From: Perkinsela sp. CCAP 1560/9
Taxonomy: Eukaryota > Protista > Euglenozoa: Kinetoplastea
Assembly (NCBI GenBank): GCA_965644495.1
Contig: CBFFSA010000042.1
Location: forward strand, 12,757-76,756
Length of the DNA: 64,000 bases
Direction: 5' to 3'
A program made the translations under genes and the position numbers. The notes below the pieces were generated by a model. That model saw only the letters and a program-made list of their open reading frames with translations. It was not told where the DNA came from and searched no databases. Position 1 is the stretch's first letter. The number at the start of each line of letters is the position of its first letter. Positions 9,182 to 21,300 of this stretch are shown piece after piece.

Positions 9182-12100
9182 CTATTGCTCGATTAAAGGG
9201 GGCAAGGGGTCCACAGCCGGCAGGCGCGTAATCATCATGCGTGCCTGGCAACGCATCAATGTTACGTTCATGTCGGTCACGAGACGGAGCGTAGAGGCCT
9301 CGTCTGTCAAGATACCGTTGGACGCTTTTGCCCTTCGTTCTCCAACCTTCCGGAGAACGGCTAAAGCACTGGCACTCCAAGAGCCATAGCTCTCGACCAC
9401 CATAGCTGTGAAATCGCTTCCGGCATCTTCAGATTCACGGCGTTGTCGGACTTTCTGCTCTGAGGCATAATGCTCTGCGAAGGACCCCGCGGCCACCCAG
9501 CTAGCATTTCGGACTGTGTCCGTGTATTTAAATTGCTGGGCGTGAGTGACCGCGAAGTCAAGCACGATAGGTTTCCCGAGGAAGAGACTCGGAAGGAAGA
9601 CGTCCCCGGGTCTAGTCAGAGCGCCTCCGGGGCCCCGGTTCCCGAGGCTTTTTTCCCGTTGGGGAGCTAGGCGTGCGTTACTGCAAGTATCGGCAAAGTG
9701 ATCGGCCAAGGCGTTGTGACGGCCGATAATACCGTCCCCGTGCTTGCATGTGAGAGCGTGATCGCCGTGTATGTCCAATGGGAGTGTGCAGTTCCCCTTG
9801 GGACATGTACCTTCTTCCCCGTACACGGGCACACCTAACCACCAGCGGGATAGGATGCGGAATTCTGTGGGGTTAAAGGCGTGGCCCGTGTCTCTGGAAG
9901 GAGTTACGAACGCCCAGCTGCTTGCTCCTTTACCACACTGAGAAGCCCAGCGTGCGCGAGTCCGGGCGTCGGCGTTTTCATATGCGTGCGAGAACTCTGT
10001 GGCAGAGATCGCGTAACTTATGTCTTTTTGGCGGGGGACGCTATTACTTGCCCAGTCGGGTGGATCCGCGTCAACGCAATCTTCGGATGCGTAAAGGGGG
10101 TTTGTATCGTGTGGAAAGTCTTCGGAATGAGGCAATGCGCGGTCACGAGGAAGGGAAGGCGGATTTGCGGGTTCAAAGGGATGTCTGGTTTCTCCCTCGC
10201 GAGATCTCTTGGTGAAGCGAGCTTTGGGGGAGAGTTCTTCACATTTATGGCGCGGGATGGAACGCACGAGTCCGTTTGAGTCGAGTAGACTGATACCAAC
10301 TTTCGAGTTCACGTCTTCAATCGATTGTAGAAAGCCCTCCACTTCTGAAGCATCCCATGAGTCCGTGGCCGCCGCGAAAACTACAGAGGAGGCGTAAGCG
10401 GAGGATGCGTGCACGGTCGACGATTTTAAACCGAAACCTCCGTGTCTTTTCAAGCGCTGAATTTGGGCGCGTGCGGAGGGAGGCAAAGGACATAGAGTGG
10501 ATTCGACCGCGTGCATTAGGAAGTCGTCGAGCCGCTTGCAGAGGTTCATAACTGATTGCGGGGGCGTCGTTCGTAGAGCATGTACCAATTTGCAGAATCC
10601 AGCACATTGTCGAATTAGCGCCATGGATACCTGGGGGTCCCGGATTCTGGTTATGGCATCAAGGGCCATTTCGGCGGGCTCAACCGCGTGTGTCAGCAGA
10701 TATTCAGTACAGTACTCAGGGGACCCAATTGGGCTTCCTAGGACACTAAAGTTACCGCACACGTTTATTTTGGCGTCGGGTATGTCCGGAAATATGGTTA
10801 CAACGTTAACCGAGGCAGGGGGGGTGATTATTTCGCACTTGGACATGTTCAGATATAGGCCCCATCGCGGACCTACTCTGGCGATTGTATCCAACGAATT
10901 CCTGACGTCTTCTGCCCTGCCAATGAGAATCCCGTCGTCTAGGTACCATAGCTGCAAGTCCAGGTCGGCCTGGTGATAGATTTCTTTTGCAAGTTCCAAG
11001 GAGACCAGTGAAAAGAAAAGTGGTCCCAGGGGATCGCCCTGTTGGACGCCTTCATCCGAAAGGAGTGTGTGGTAACGATAGGTCAAAGCACTAGTTGTCG
11101 TATAGCACCAGCTAGCCCAGGGGAACAATTCCGGAAAATGATCGCCTACAAGTTTCAAGAAAGTTGCTCTGCTAACGTTGTTGAATGCGTTGCTTAGGTC
11201 GACTTTACATAATACCATGTCGGGGTTGTCCGTATGAATTGTCATTGCGTGCCGTGAATTATTCGTTCCGAACCGGCCGGTGTCGCGACGCCGAACTGTA
11301 GTCCCTTAAAAAATTCCCTGGCTTTGCTCCTCACTGCATTGCAAGCCGCTTTGCTTACCAATCGACGTATCGTTTCTCCCGCTGCTATGGGGCGGACGTC
11401 ATTTTCGCCCTTTTCAAGCGCGCAAAGTCTGGCTCCCGCAAAATATGGTTGTACCTCTAGGGGTGCTTTCCCGGCTAGTAGATGATTCACGAGGTTTTTA
11501 AGGGCAGTAAGGGGTTTCACGGTGTTATCTACGTGCGCCAGGAGTACAGCTTGCAAGTGCTCGGGTCGTAAACCCATGGTTCCGGACGAGGAACCCCGGT
11601 GAAAGCTCTTGATAGTTTTCGCTACCACGCGTTCATCCATTATTAGGGGCGCTGTGGGCGGAGGCGTATAGTCGATGATGTCACTGTCTGGATGTCGGGG
11701 CGGGTGCTTGCTCTGAAGTTTGAGGAGTGTATCTTCGTCGTCAGGGGCCATAGCATCCGCCGTGAGTGCAGCCATACCCCTAGAGTACTCGCCTTGTCGA
11801 GCTAGAAGCTCTGCTCGGATAGCTGCCTTTTCCTCTTCGTCGTGAACGGTTGTAGGGGCTACAGATTGTTTCTTGAGTGCGTTGTCTACTGCTTCATTCC
11901 ATAGGGAGACATAATCTTGCGCGAGCCATCGGTTCATGCACTTCTGGACGTATGATGCGTAAGTTGTGTGGTTCTTACGTCCTCCTCGGGGTGGGGCGGG
12001 TAGTAAGCACTTGGGGAGCATGGCGAATAGGGTCCACGCGGCTGTAGAGTTTTCGGTGACTGCGTTTTGGGCTGCTTTGGTGATAATTTCTCCCCACAGT

Positions 12101-13041
12101 TGACGGCAACGTGGAGGTACGTCCTTGCAAGTGTTCAGGCGCAGCGTGCAGATAGAGGATAGCGAGGGAAGTTCAGAGTGATGAGTTTGAGTCCCCGGAA
12201 GGTGGCTTGGGTCGCTCGAGTGTGCTGCGCGCGATGGGATTTGGGGGTTCGCAACGTTCCCTTTGCAGGCTTGTGGATGAGCTTCCCTTTTGTTGATGTC
12301 ATAATGGCGCCCGCATAAGTTGCAAAGAAATCGGCCTTCTGCATCCCACCAGGTAGCGGGAACTCCGTTTCCGTGGCGACACGCGACGTGGTTATAAAAC
12401 GCTTGCCAAGACCCTCCGTGCGGCAGACTTCTCCAAGTGCATCCCATGGCCGGACATTCCCGAGTCTCTTCTCTTGTTTGTGTCTTTTCAGCGAAGTTAT
12501 TTTGGTTTGCGGCGTGTCGCGGTGAAGAGAAATATGTCCGGGGCTCCGGTGTTCGCCTTGACGAGCGCGAGTCCGCTTTGGTCACTCCTTTCGATGGGGA
12601 AGTGTTTCGACCTTGGTGGGAAAGAGCATCCTTCACTGCGGATTTGAGCGTCCGAGCTTCATCGGGGATCTTTGATGTGGGTGTAGCCTCGTGAGTAATT
12701 TTCTGCCTTCTCACTCCACAGTGCTGCATCTCCTCGTCTTCGGCCTCTACGTGGCCCGTGTCTGGGGTTTCCTTTTCCTGGGAGATGTGACGTGCGCGTT
12801 CCAACCATTCCTTAGGAATATTCTCCGGGATTGGTGTAGTGTAGAGTTGTTCGTCGTATGTGCTGACAGCGCGAATCAAATGCTTGTTTCCTTGGAATTG
12901 GTCCCAACTGCCGAGGGAGTGCGCACGTTCTTCGTCGGCGAGAGCGCCTACGCTGAGAGTTCCTTCCTTTGCACTCATATGGGATGAGGGGTGGTCCTCG
13001 TTCGAGCGTGCGGGGCTCTGAGGAGTATTGGTTTGCGTCAT
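9182..13041 (-). pseudogene. Family A polyprotein (LsmAD-like, zinc fingers, RT, CCHC, REL); frameshift near 11245
   Basis: ORFs 11242..13098 and 9182..11245 align consecutively to the intact B/C proteins. Motifs KVDLSNAFN, GVQQGDPLGP, WYLDDG, RHN, RPGD..LDFAV, VESYG. Confidence 0.9.
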
Positions 13042-13092
13042 AAAAGAGCTGGGCCCCGAGAGAATACTGCGTAAAAAAATTTCAACAAGGTA

Positions 13093-13130
13093 CAACAAGG
13101 TACAGAAACTGTATCTTTATCGTTAAAGTT
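13093..13130 (-). other. Spliced-leader (mini-exon)-like sequence at the 5' end of A1, followed by a 10-nt relict (13083-13092)
   Basis: AACTTTAACGATAAAGATACAGTTTCTGTACCTTGTTG resembles the kinetoplastid SL exon (AACTAACG...GATACAGTTTCTGTACTATATTG). Confidence 0.85.
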
Positions 13131-13487
13131 TACTCCAAGTTTTTCCAACGGAGGAGGCTGAGCTATGTTGGGAATGTTCTTCTGAAACCAATCGCATTTC
13201 TGGAAATTAATTCGGAGGTTCATCTCTGCGGCGATCTCACGCAGGTAAAAGAAAGCTGCCTCCAATGCTTGCACGTTTTTGGAGCTCAAAGTCACATCGT
13301 CTTGGTATGCTCGGATCTTCACGTCAGGATAGAGGTGCATGAGTTCTCGTAGCGGGCCTTGCAAAAGTGCGCAGAAGTACATTGATGAAAGTGCCGATCC
13401 TTGGCGAATTCCTGAAGAGCTTTCGATGGTAGCAAACAGAGCATTGTGCGCAAAAAATAGCAGCTCAGAGGGAATCCCATATTCTAG

Positions 13488-16400
13488 TTTTTTTTTTTTT
13501 TTTTTTGCAGATAATAGGGGGGGAAGAGTACGAGTTCTAATTTTATATATGTATGTACGGTATGACTTTCTCACTTACTTTCCTACTTGCTCAACTTCTT
13601 TCCCTCACTTCCCCCCATTTTGAAAACCAGCAAAATATATAACTAGCAAATACATGCTTTCCCATCTTACCCACTTCCCCTTACCAATCTTACCAGCTTT
13701 CCAGGGAGGGTAAGGTCTCCCTCGGTTAGGAGGGGCAGACTTTTCCCGAACCATTCGCGCGTTCCGGACCGGGTCTTTCGACCTCTCCCAGCTTGCCTTG
13801 TTAACCCTTCTCTTGTTGTACGAGAGGGCGCAAGCAATGGGCCTGTGCCGACAGCGGCACGGTCGCGGAGCATGATGCTGGCCGACGGGGAGGAACAAAG
13901 TTCCCTACCCATGTCCTACCTCACTTGGAGTACCTAGCCCTGGCGGACTAGGCGTGAGCATAGACCCTGCCGGCATCGACCAGCATCCGGACCAGCTGTT
14001 CGGGTTCCGGCTGAGCGGCCCATCTTGCACATCCGTCATCGTGCTATTGCTCGATTAAAGGGGGCAAGGGGTCCACAGCCGGCAGGCGCGTAATCATCAT
14101 GCGTGCCTGGCAACGCATCAATGTTACGTTCATGTCGGTCACGAGACGGAGCGTAGAGGCCTCGTCTGTCAAGATACCGTTGGACGCTTTTGCCCTTCGT
14201 TCTCCAACCTTCCGGAGAACGGCTAAAGCACTGGCACTCCAAGAGCCATAGCTCTCGACCACCATAGCTGTGAAATCGCTTCCGGCATCTTCAGATTCAC
14301 GGCGTTGTCGGACTTTCTGCTCTGAGGCATAATGCTCTGCGAAGGACCCCGCGGCCACCCAGCTAGCATTTCGGACTGTGTCCGTGTATTTAAATTGCTG
14401 GGCGTGAGTGACCGCGAAGTCAAGCACGATAGGTTTCCCGAGGAAGAGACTCGGAAGGAAGACGTCCCCGGGTCTAGTCAGAGCGCCTCCGGGGCCCCGG
14501 TTCCCGAGGCTTTTTTCCCGTTGGGGAGCTAGGCGTGCGTTACTGCAAGTATCGGCAAAGTGATCGGCCAAGGCGTTGTGACGGCCGATAATACCGTCCC
14601 CGTGCTTGCATGTGAGAGCGTGATCGCCGTGTATGTCCAATGGGAGTGTGCAGTTCCCCTTGGGACATGTACCTTCTTCCCCGTACACGGGCACACCTAA
14701 CCACCAGCGGGATAGGATGCGGAATTCTGTGGGGTTAAAGGCGTGGCCCGTGTCTCTGGAAGGAGTTACGAACGCCCAGCTGCTTGCTCCTTTACCACAC
14801 TGAGAAGCCCAGCGTGCGCGAGTCCGGGCGTCGGCGTTTTCATATGCGTGCGAGAACTCTGTGGCAGAGATCGCGTAACTTATGTCTTTTTGGCGGGGGA
14901 CGCTATTACTTGCCCAGTCGGGTGGATCCGCGTCAACGCAATCTTCGGATGCGTAAAGGGGGTTTGTATCGTGTGGAAAGTCTTCGGAATGAGGCAATGC
15001 GCGGTCACGAGGAAGGGAAGGCGGATTTGCGGGTTCAAAGGGATGTCTGGTTTCTCCCTCGCGAGATCTCTTGGTGAAGCGAGCTTTGGGGGAGAGTTCT
15101 TCACATTTATGGCGCGGGATGGAACGCACGAGTCCGTTTGAGTCGAGTAGACTGATACCAACTTTCGAGTTCACGTCTTCAATCGATTGTAGAAAGCCCT
15201 CCACTTCTGAAGCATCCCATGAGTCCGTGGCCGCCGCGAAAACTACAGAGGAGGCGTAAGCGGAGGATGCGTGCACGGTCGACGATTTTAAACCGAAACC
15301 TCCGTGTCTTTTCAAGCGCTGAATTTGGGCGCGTGCGGAGGGAGGCAAAGGACATAGAGTGGATTCGACCGCGTGCATTAGGAAGTCGTCGAGCCGCTTG
15401 CAGAGGTTCATAACTGATTGCGGGGGCGTCGTTCGTAGAGCATGTACCAATTTGCAGAATCCAGCACATTGTCGAATTAGCGCCATGGATACCTGGGGGT
15501 CCCGGATTCTGGTTATGGCATCAAGGGCCATTTCGGCGGGCTCAACCGCGTGTGTCAGCAGATATTCAGTACAGTACTCAGGGGACCCAATTGGGCTTCC
15601 TAGGACACTAAAGTTACCGCACACGTTTATTTTGGCGTCGGGTATGTCCGGAAATATGGTTACAACGTTAACCGAGGCAGGGGGGGTGATTATTTCGCAC
15701 TTGGACATGTTCAGATATAGGCCCCATCGCGGACCTACTCTGGCGATTGTATCCAACGAATTCCTGACGTCTTCTGCCCTGCCAATGAGAATCCCGTCGT
15801 CTAGGTACCATAGCTGCAAGTCCAGGTCGGCCTGGTGATAGATTTCTTTTGCAAGTTCCAAGGAGACCAGTGAAAAGAAAAGTGGTCCCAGGGGATCGCC
15901 CTGTTGGACGCCTTCATCCGAAAGGAGTGTGTGGTAACGATAGGTCAAAGCACTAGTTGTCGTATAGCACCAGCTAGCCCAGGGGAACAATTCCGGAAAA
16001 TGATCGCCTACAAGTTTCAAGAAAGTTGCTCTGCTAACGTTGTTGAATGCGTTGCTTAGGTCGACTTTACATAATACCATGTCGGGGTTGTCCGTATGAA
16101 TTGTCATTGCGTGCCGTGAATTATTCGTTCCGAACCGGCCGGTGTCGCGACGCCGAACTGTAGTCCCTTAAAAAATTCCCTGGCTTTGCTCCTCACTGCA
16201 TTGCAAGCCGCTTTGCTTACCAATCGACGTATCGTTTCTCCCGCTGCTATGGGGCGGACGTCATTTTCGCCCTTTTCAAGCGCGCAAAGTCTGGCTCCCG
16301 CAAAATATGGTTGTACCTCTAGGGGTGCTTTCCCGGCTAGTAGATGATTCACGAGGTTTTTAAGGGCAGTAAGGGGTTTCACGGTGTTATCTACGTGCGC

Positions 16401-17990
16401 CAGGAGTACAGCTTGCAAGTGCTCGGGTCGTAAACCCATGGTTCCGGACGAGGAACCCCGGTGAAAGCTCTTGATAGTTTTCGCTACCACGCGTTCATCC
16501 ATTATTAGGGGCGCTGTGGGCGGAGGCGTATAGTCGATGATGTCACTGTCTGGATGTCGGGGCGGGTGCTTGCTCTGAAGTTTGAGGAGTGTATCTTCGT
16601 CGTCAGGGGCCATAGCATCCGCCGTGAGTGCAGCCATACCCCTAGAGTACTCGCCTTGTCGAGCTAGAAGCTCTGCTCGGATAGCTGCCTTTTCCTCTTC
16701 GTCGTGAACGGTTGTAGGGGCTACAGATTGTTTCTTGAGTGCGTTGTCTACTGCTTCATTCCATAGGGAGACATAATCTTGCGCGAGCCATCGGTTCATG
16801 CACTTCTGGACGTATGATGCGTAAGTTGTGTGGTTCTTACGTCCTCCTCGGGGTGGGGCGGGTAGTAAGCACTTGGGGAGCATGGCGAATAGGGTCCACG
16901 CGGCTGTAGAGTTTTCGGTGACTGCGTTTTGGGCTGCTTTGGTGATAATTTCTCCCCACAGTTGACGGCAACGTGGAGGTACGTCCTTGCAAGTGTTCAG
17001 GCGCAGCGTGCAGATAGAGGATAGCGAGGGAAGTTCAGAGTGATGAGTTTGAGTCCCCGGAAGGTGGCTTGGGTCGCTCGAGTGTGCTGCGCGCGATGGG
17101 ATTTGGGGGTTCGCAACGTTCCCTTTGCAGGCTTGTGGATGAGCTTCCCTTTTGTTGATGTCATAATGGCGCCCGCATAAGTTGCAAAGAAATCGGCCTT
17201 CTGCATCCCACCAGGTAGCGGGAACTCCGTTTCCGTGGCGACACGCGACGTGGTTATAAAACGCTTGCCAAGACCCTCCGTGCGGCAGACTTCTCCAAGT
17301 GCATCCCATGGCCGGACATTCCCGAGTCTCTTCTCTTGTTTGTGTCTTTTCAGCGAAGTTATTTTGGTTTGCGGCGTGTCGCGGTGAAGAGAAATATGTC
17401 CGGGGCTCCGGTGTTCGCCTTGACGAGCGCGAGTCCGCTTTGGTCACTCCTTTCGATGGGGAAGTGTTTCGACCTTGGTGGGAAAGAGCATCCTTCACTG
17501 CGGATTTGAGCGTCCGAGCTTCATCGGGGATCTTTGATGTGGGTGTAGCCTCGTGAGTAATTTTCTGCCTTCTCACTCCACAGTGCTGCATCTCCTCGTC
17601 TTCGGCCTCTACGTGGCCCGTGTCTGGGGTTTCCTTTTCCTGGGAGATGTGACGTGCGCGTTCCAACCATTCCTTAGGAATATTCTCCGGGATTGGTGTA
17701 GTGTAGAGTTGTTCGTCGTATGTGCTGACAGCGCGAATCAAATGCTTGTTTCCTTGGAATTGGTCCCAACTGCCGAGGGAGTGCGCACGTTCTTCGTCGG
17801 CGAGAGCGCCTACGCTGAGAGTTCCTTCCTTTGCACTCATATGGGATGAGGGGTGGTCCTCGTTCGAGCGTGCGGGGCTCTGAGGAGTATTGGTTTGCGT
17901 CATAAAAGAGCTGGGCCCCGAGAGAATACTGCGTAAAAAAATTTCAACAAGGTACAACAAGGTACAGAAACTGTATCTTTATCGTTAAAG
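13488..17990 (-). mobile_element. Family A copy 2 (identical duplicate; SL 17955-17990)
   Basis: Same sequence as 8626-13128 at +4862. Confidence 0.92.
14044..17903 (-). pseudogene. Family A polyprotein, frameshifted near 16107
   Basis: ORFs 16104..17960 and 14044..16107 are identical to copy 1. Confidence 0.9.
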
Positions 17991-18347
17991 TTTACTCCAA
18001 GTTTTTCCAACGGAGGAGGCTGAGCTATGTTGGGAATGTTCTTCTGAAACCAATCGCATTTCTGGAAATTAATTCGGAGGTTCATCTCTGCGGCGATCTC
18101 ACGCAGGTAAAAGAAAGCTGCCTCCAATGCTTGCACGTTTTTGGAGCTCAAAGTCACATCGTCTTGGTATGCTCGGATCTTCACGTCAGGATAGAGGTGC
18201 ATGAGTTCTCGTAGCGGGCCTTGCAAAAGTGCGCAGAAGTACATTGATGAAAGTGCCGATCCTTGGCGAATTCCTGAAGAGCTTTCGATGGTAGCAAACA
18301 GAGCATTGTGCGCAAAAAATAGCAGCTCAGAGGGAATCCCATATTCT

Positions 18348-18350
<3 letters not shown>

Positions 18351-18385
<35 letters not shown>

Positions 18386-21300
18386 AATTAATAAGGGGGG
18401 AGAAGTATGAATCGCGGCATTGCCTCTATATTTTGACCCAGTAGACGAACCAAGTAGGTCCATTGGGGGGGGGGGGTATACGAATTGAAAACAAACAATC
18501 AAATTAGCAATTCTTTTTCTGTCCACAGATGTACCTTTTTTCTCAGCCCAAAACTAGCAATTTAGTCTCCCCTAAGTATATACTACAAACAAGAAAAACA
18601 GTAAAAATTAGTAAAAATTAAAACAAGCAATCCATGCCCAATCCATTCGCGCGTTCCGGACCGGGTCTTTCGACCTCTCCACGGCCTGACTTGTGAACCC
18701 TTCCCTTGTTATATGGGAGGGCGCAGGCGCGGGCCTGTGTCGACAGCGACACGGTCGCGAAACAGGATGCTGGCCGACGGGGAGGAGATTCACTGCCCGT
18801 GTACTACCTCACTTGGGGTACCTAGCCCTCGCGAGCTAGGCGTGAGTATAGACTCTGTCGACGCGACCAGCACCCTAATCGTCTTGTTACCCTAGAGGAC
18901 CATGCCTGTGGGCCCTACTCCCCTTCCAGGGGAGCTTGGGGGTCACTGACGACTATCCGGGAGACCATCATGCGGGCCTGAGAGCGCATGAGTGTGACGT
19001 TAAGCTCTTTCAGAAGGTCATTTCGGGCTTGAGCATCCGTGAGAAGACCTTTTGACGAGTTGGCGCGCAGTGCTCCCACCTTCCATAAGACCGCCATTGC
19101 GCTTTTACTCCACGAGCCAAAAGACTCGACAACCATGGCCGTGAACCCTAGTTGTGCTTCTTCTGCTTCTTGACGTTGTTTTTCCTTCGTTTCTGAGTAA
19201 TGCTCGGCGAAAGACCCTGCAGCCACCCAGCTAGCATTCCGGACAGAGTCCAAATACTTTGTTTGCTGTGCGTGGGTGACTGCGAAGTCTAGTACCATGC
19301 CTTTCCCTAGAGTGTACGTGGGGAGGAAAACGTCAGCCGGTCTGGTGAGACCCCCTCCTGGCCCCCGATTTCCTAGACTTTTTTCTCGCTGGGGAGCCAT
19401 GTTGGCCTTGCTGCAAAAGGAGGCGAATTCTACACAAAGCGCATTGTGCCGCGTGATGAGGCCATGTCCGTTCTTGCACAATAATGCATGCTCCCCATTT
19501 TTCTGTAGGGGTAGGGAACACCCGTTTGCTGTGCAGGGGCGGTCTTGGCCATAAATGTCCATGCCAAACCACCAGCGCGATAACGTGCGGAACTCGGTTG
19601 GTGTGAAAGCAAAACCTTTACTCCTTGAGGGCGTGACGAAGGCCCAGCTCCCAGCTCCCTTTCCTGACTGTGAAACCCATCGTGCTCGGGTGCGGGGGTC
19701 GGCCTGGCCGTAGGCTGTAGTGAATTCCTGCTGCGATATGGCTTGGCTCAGTTGCTGCTGCCGGGGTATAACCATTTCCGGCTCGGCCGTCTTATCCGCG
19801 TCCATGTTGTTGAGTATGTGTCGTGGGCGTTTGCTTCTCGAGGTGAGGTTGTGTCTTTGGCTGGACTCTGGATGTGGTTTATTCTGTTTCGGGATGCGTC
19901 CTGTACCGGGATCCACAAGTTCTACCCCCGCCTTTCTATTCACGTCCTGCACGGAAATGGTGAATCCCTCGGCTTCTGAAGGGTCCCAATCGTCTGCATC
20001 GGCGGCGTGCGCAACGGAGGAGACATATGCTGCTGTTGCGTGGAGGAGAGAAGACCTGAGACCAAAACCCCCGTTGCGCTTCTTACGTTGGATTTGGTCA
20101 CGCGCGTGGGAATCCAGAAGGAAAAGTGCCCATTCCGCGGCTTTTAGAACATTTTCATCAAGGGAATTACAAAGCTCAGAAAGCGCATGAGGGGGTGTCG
20201 TGCGAAGTGCGTAGACCATTTGACAGAATCCAGTGCACTGCCGGATGAGGGACATGGCTACTTGTGGGTCTCCTATGAAACCTATTGCGTCTAATGTTTC
20301 GCGTGCGGGCTCAATGGCTTCTGACCTGAGAAACTCCACGCAATGCTCCGCTGACCCAATCGGGGAGCCCAAGATGTCGAAATTTCCATCAGTACGAGTT
20401 TTAGTCTTCGGTATCTCTGGAAATAATCCTGTGAGATGGGATGAAGCAGGCGGTGTTATTATCTCACATTTCGATGGGTTTAGGAAAAGTCCGCATCGGG
20501 AGCCAACATTGGAAAAAACATCGAGCGCCTTCCTGACCTCCTCAGCCTCCCCTATGAGTACCCCGTCATCTAGGTACCAAAGTTGAGTGTCTAGATTCGA
20601 CCGAGACGATATTTCTTCTGTTACACTGGATAGTACTAGAGAGAAGAGAAGAGGGCCTAGTGGGTCTCCTTGTTGTACCCCCTCTGCCGAGGGTATGACA
20701 TTGTCTCTGTAGGTAAGACAGCTCACGTTGGAGTAACACCACTCTACCCAAGGTGAGAGTTCGGGGAAATTTAAGCGCGTGGTTAGGGTGAGAACAGGCC
20801 TGCTGACGTTATTGAAAGCGTTTCTTAAGTCCACTTTGCAGAAGACAAAATTGTCACTCCCCAGGTTATTGAGCATGGCTCTCCGGCAGAGGTGGATAAC
20901 TCGTTCGGCTCCCGCGGGGGCTGCTACACCATATTGTCGCCCGTTGAACAGAGTACCCGCTTTCTCCTTTATCGAGATACATGCCGCCTTGCTTACGAGG
21001 CGTCTAAGGGTTTCACCCGCTGCGATTGGTCGAACATCGTCCTCGCCTTTTTCCAGGGCGCAGAGCCGGGCTCCAGCGTAGAATGATTGGACGTCTTGTG
21101 GCGCTTTTCCTTGAAGCATGTGGTTCACTAGTCGCGTGAGGGCCGAGAGAGGATTCACATCCTTGTCCACATGTTCCAAGATGGCTGCCTGGAGGTGCTC
21201 TGGACGAAGGCCCATCGTGCCGGCTGAAGATCCCCTGCGGAAGCTGACGATCGCTTTTTTGACCTCTGTTTCCTCTAGGTGTAGGGGGTTGCCCTCGATC

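Larger units (their letters stand above)
8626..13128 (-). mobile_element. CRE-clade non-LTR retrotransposon family A, copy 1 (full length, SL-capped, frameshifted)
   Basis: Order on minus strand: SL exon, single ORF, structured 3' UTR, A19. Confidence 0.92.
8263..18349. repeat. Tandem duplication, period 4862 bp (family G fragment + family A element), about 2.07 units
   Basis: All ORFs recur at +4862 with the same T19 tract and the same frameshift. G fragment occurs at 8263-8625, 13125-13487 and 17987-18349. Confidence 0.95.

Noticed and set aside
11242-11260. Programmed frameshift or two-ORF organisation in family A
   Set aside because: Families B and C are single-ORF through this region and residues are missing at the break. 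Both A copies share it only through duplication.
18646-18876. Assignment of the 3' UTR structure to hammerhead, HDV, twister or pistol ribozymes
   Set aside because: I could not find the catalytic core consensus of these classes by eye.
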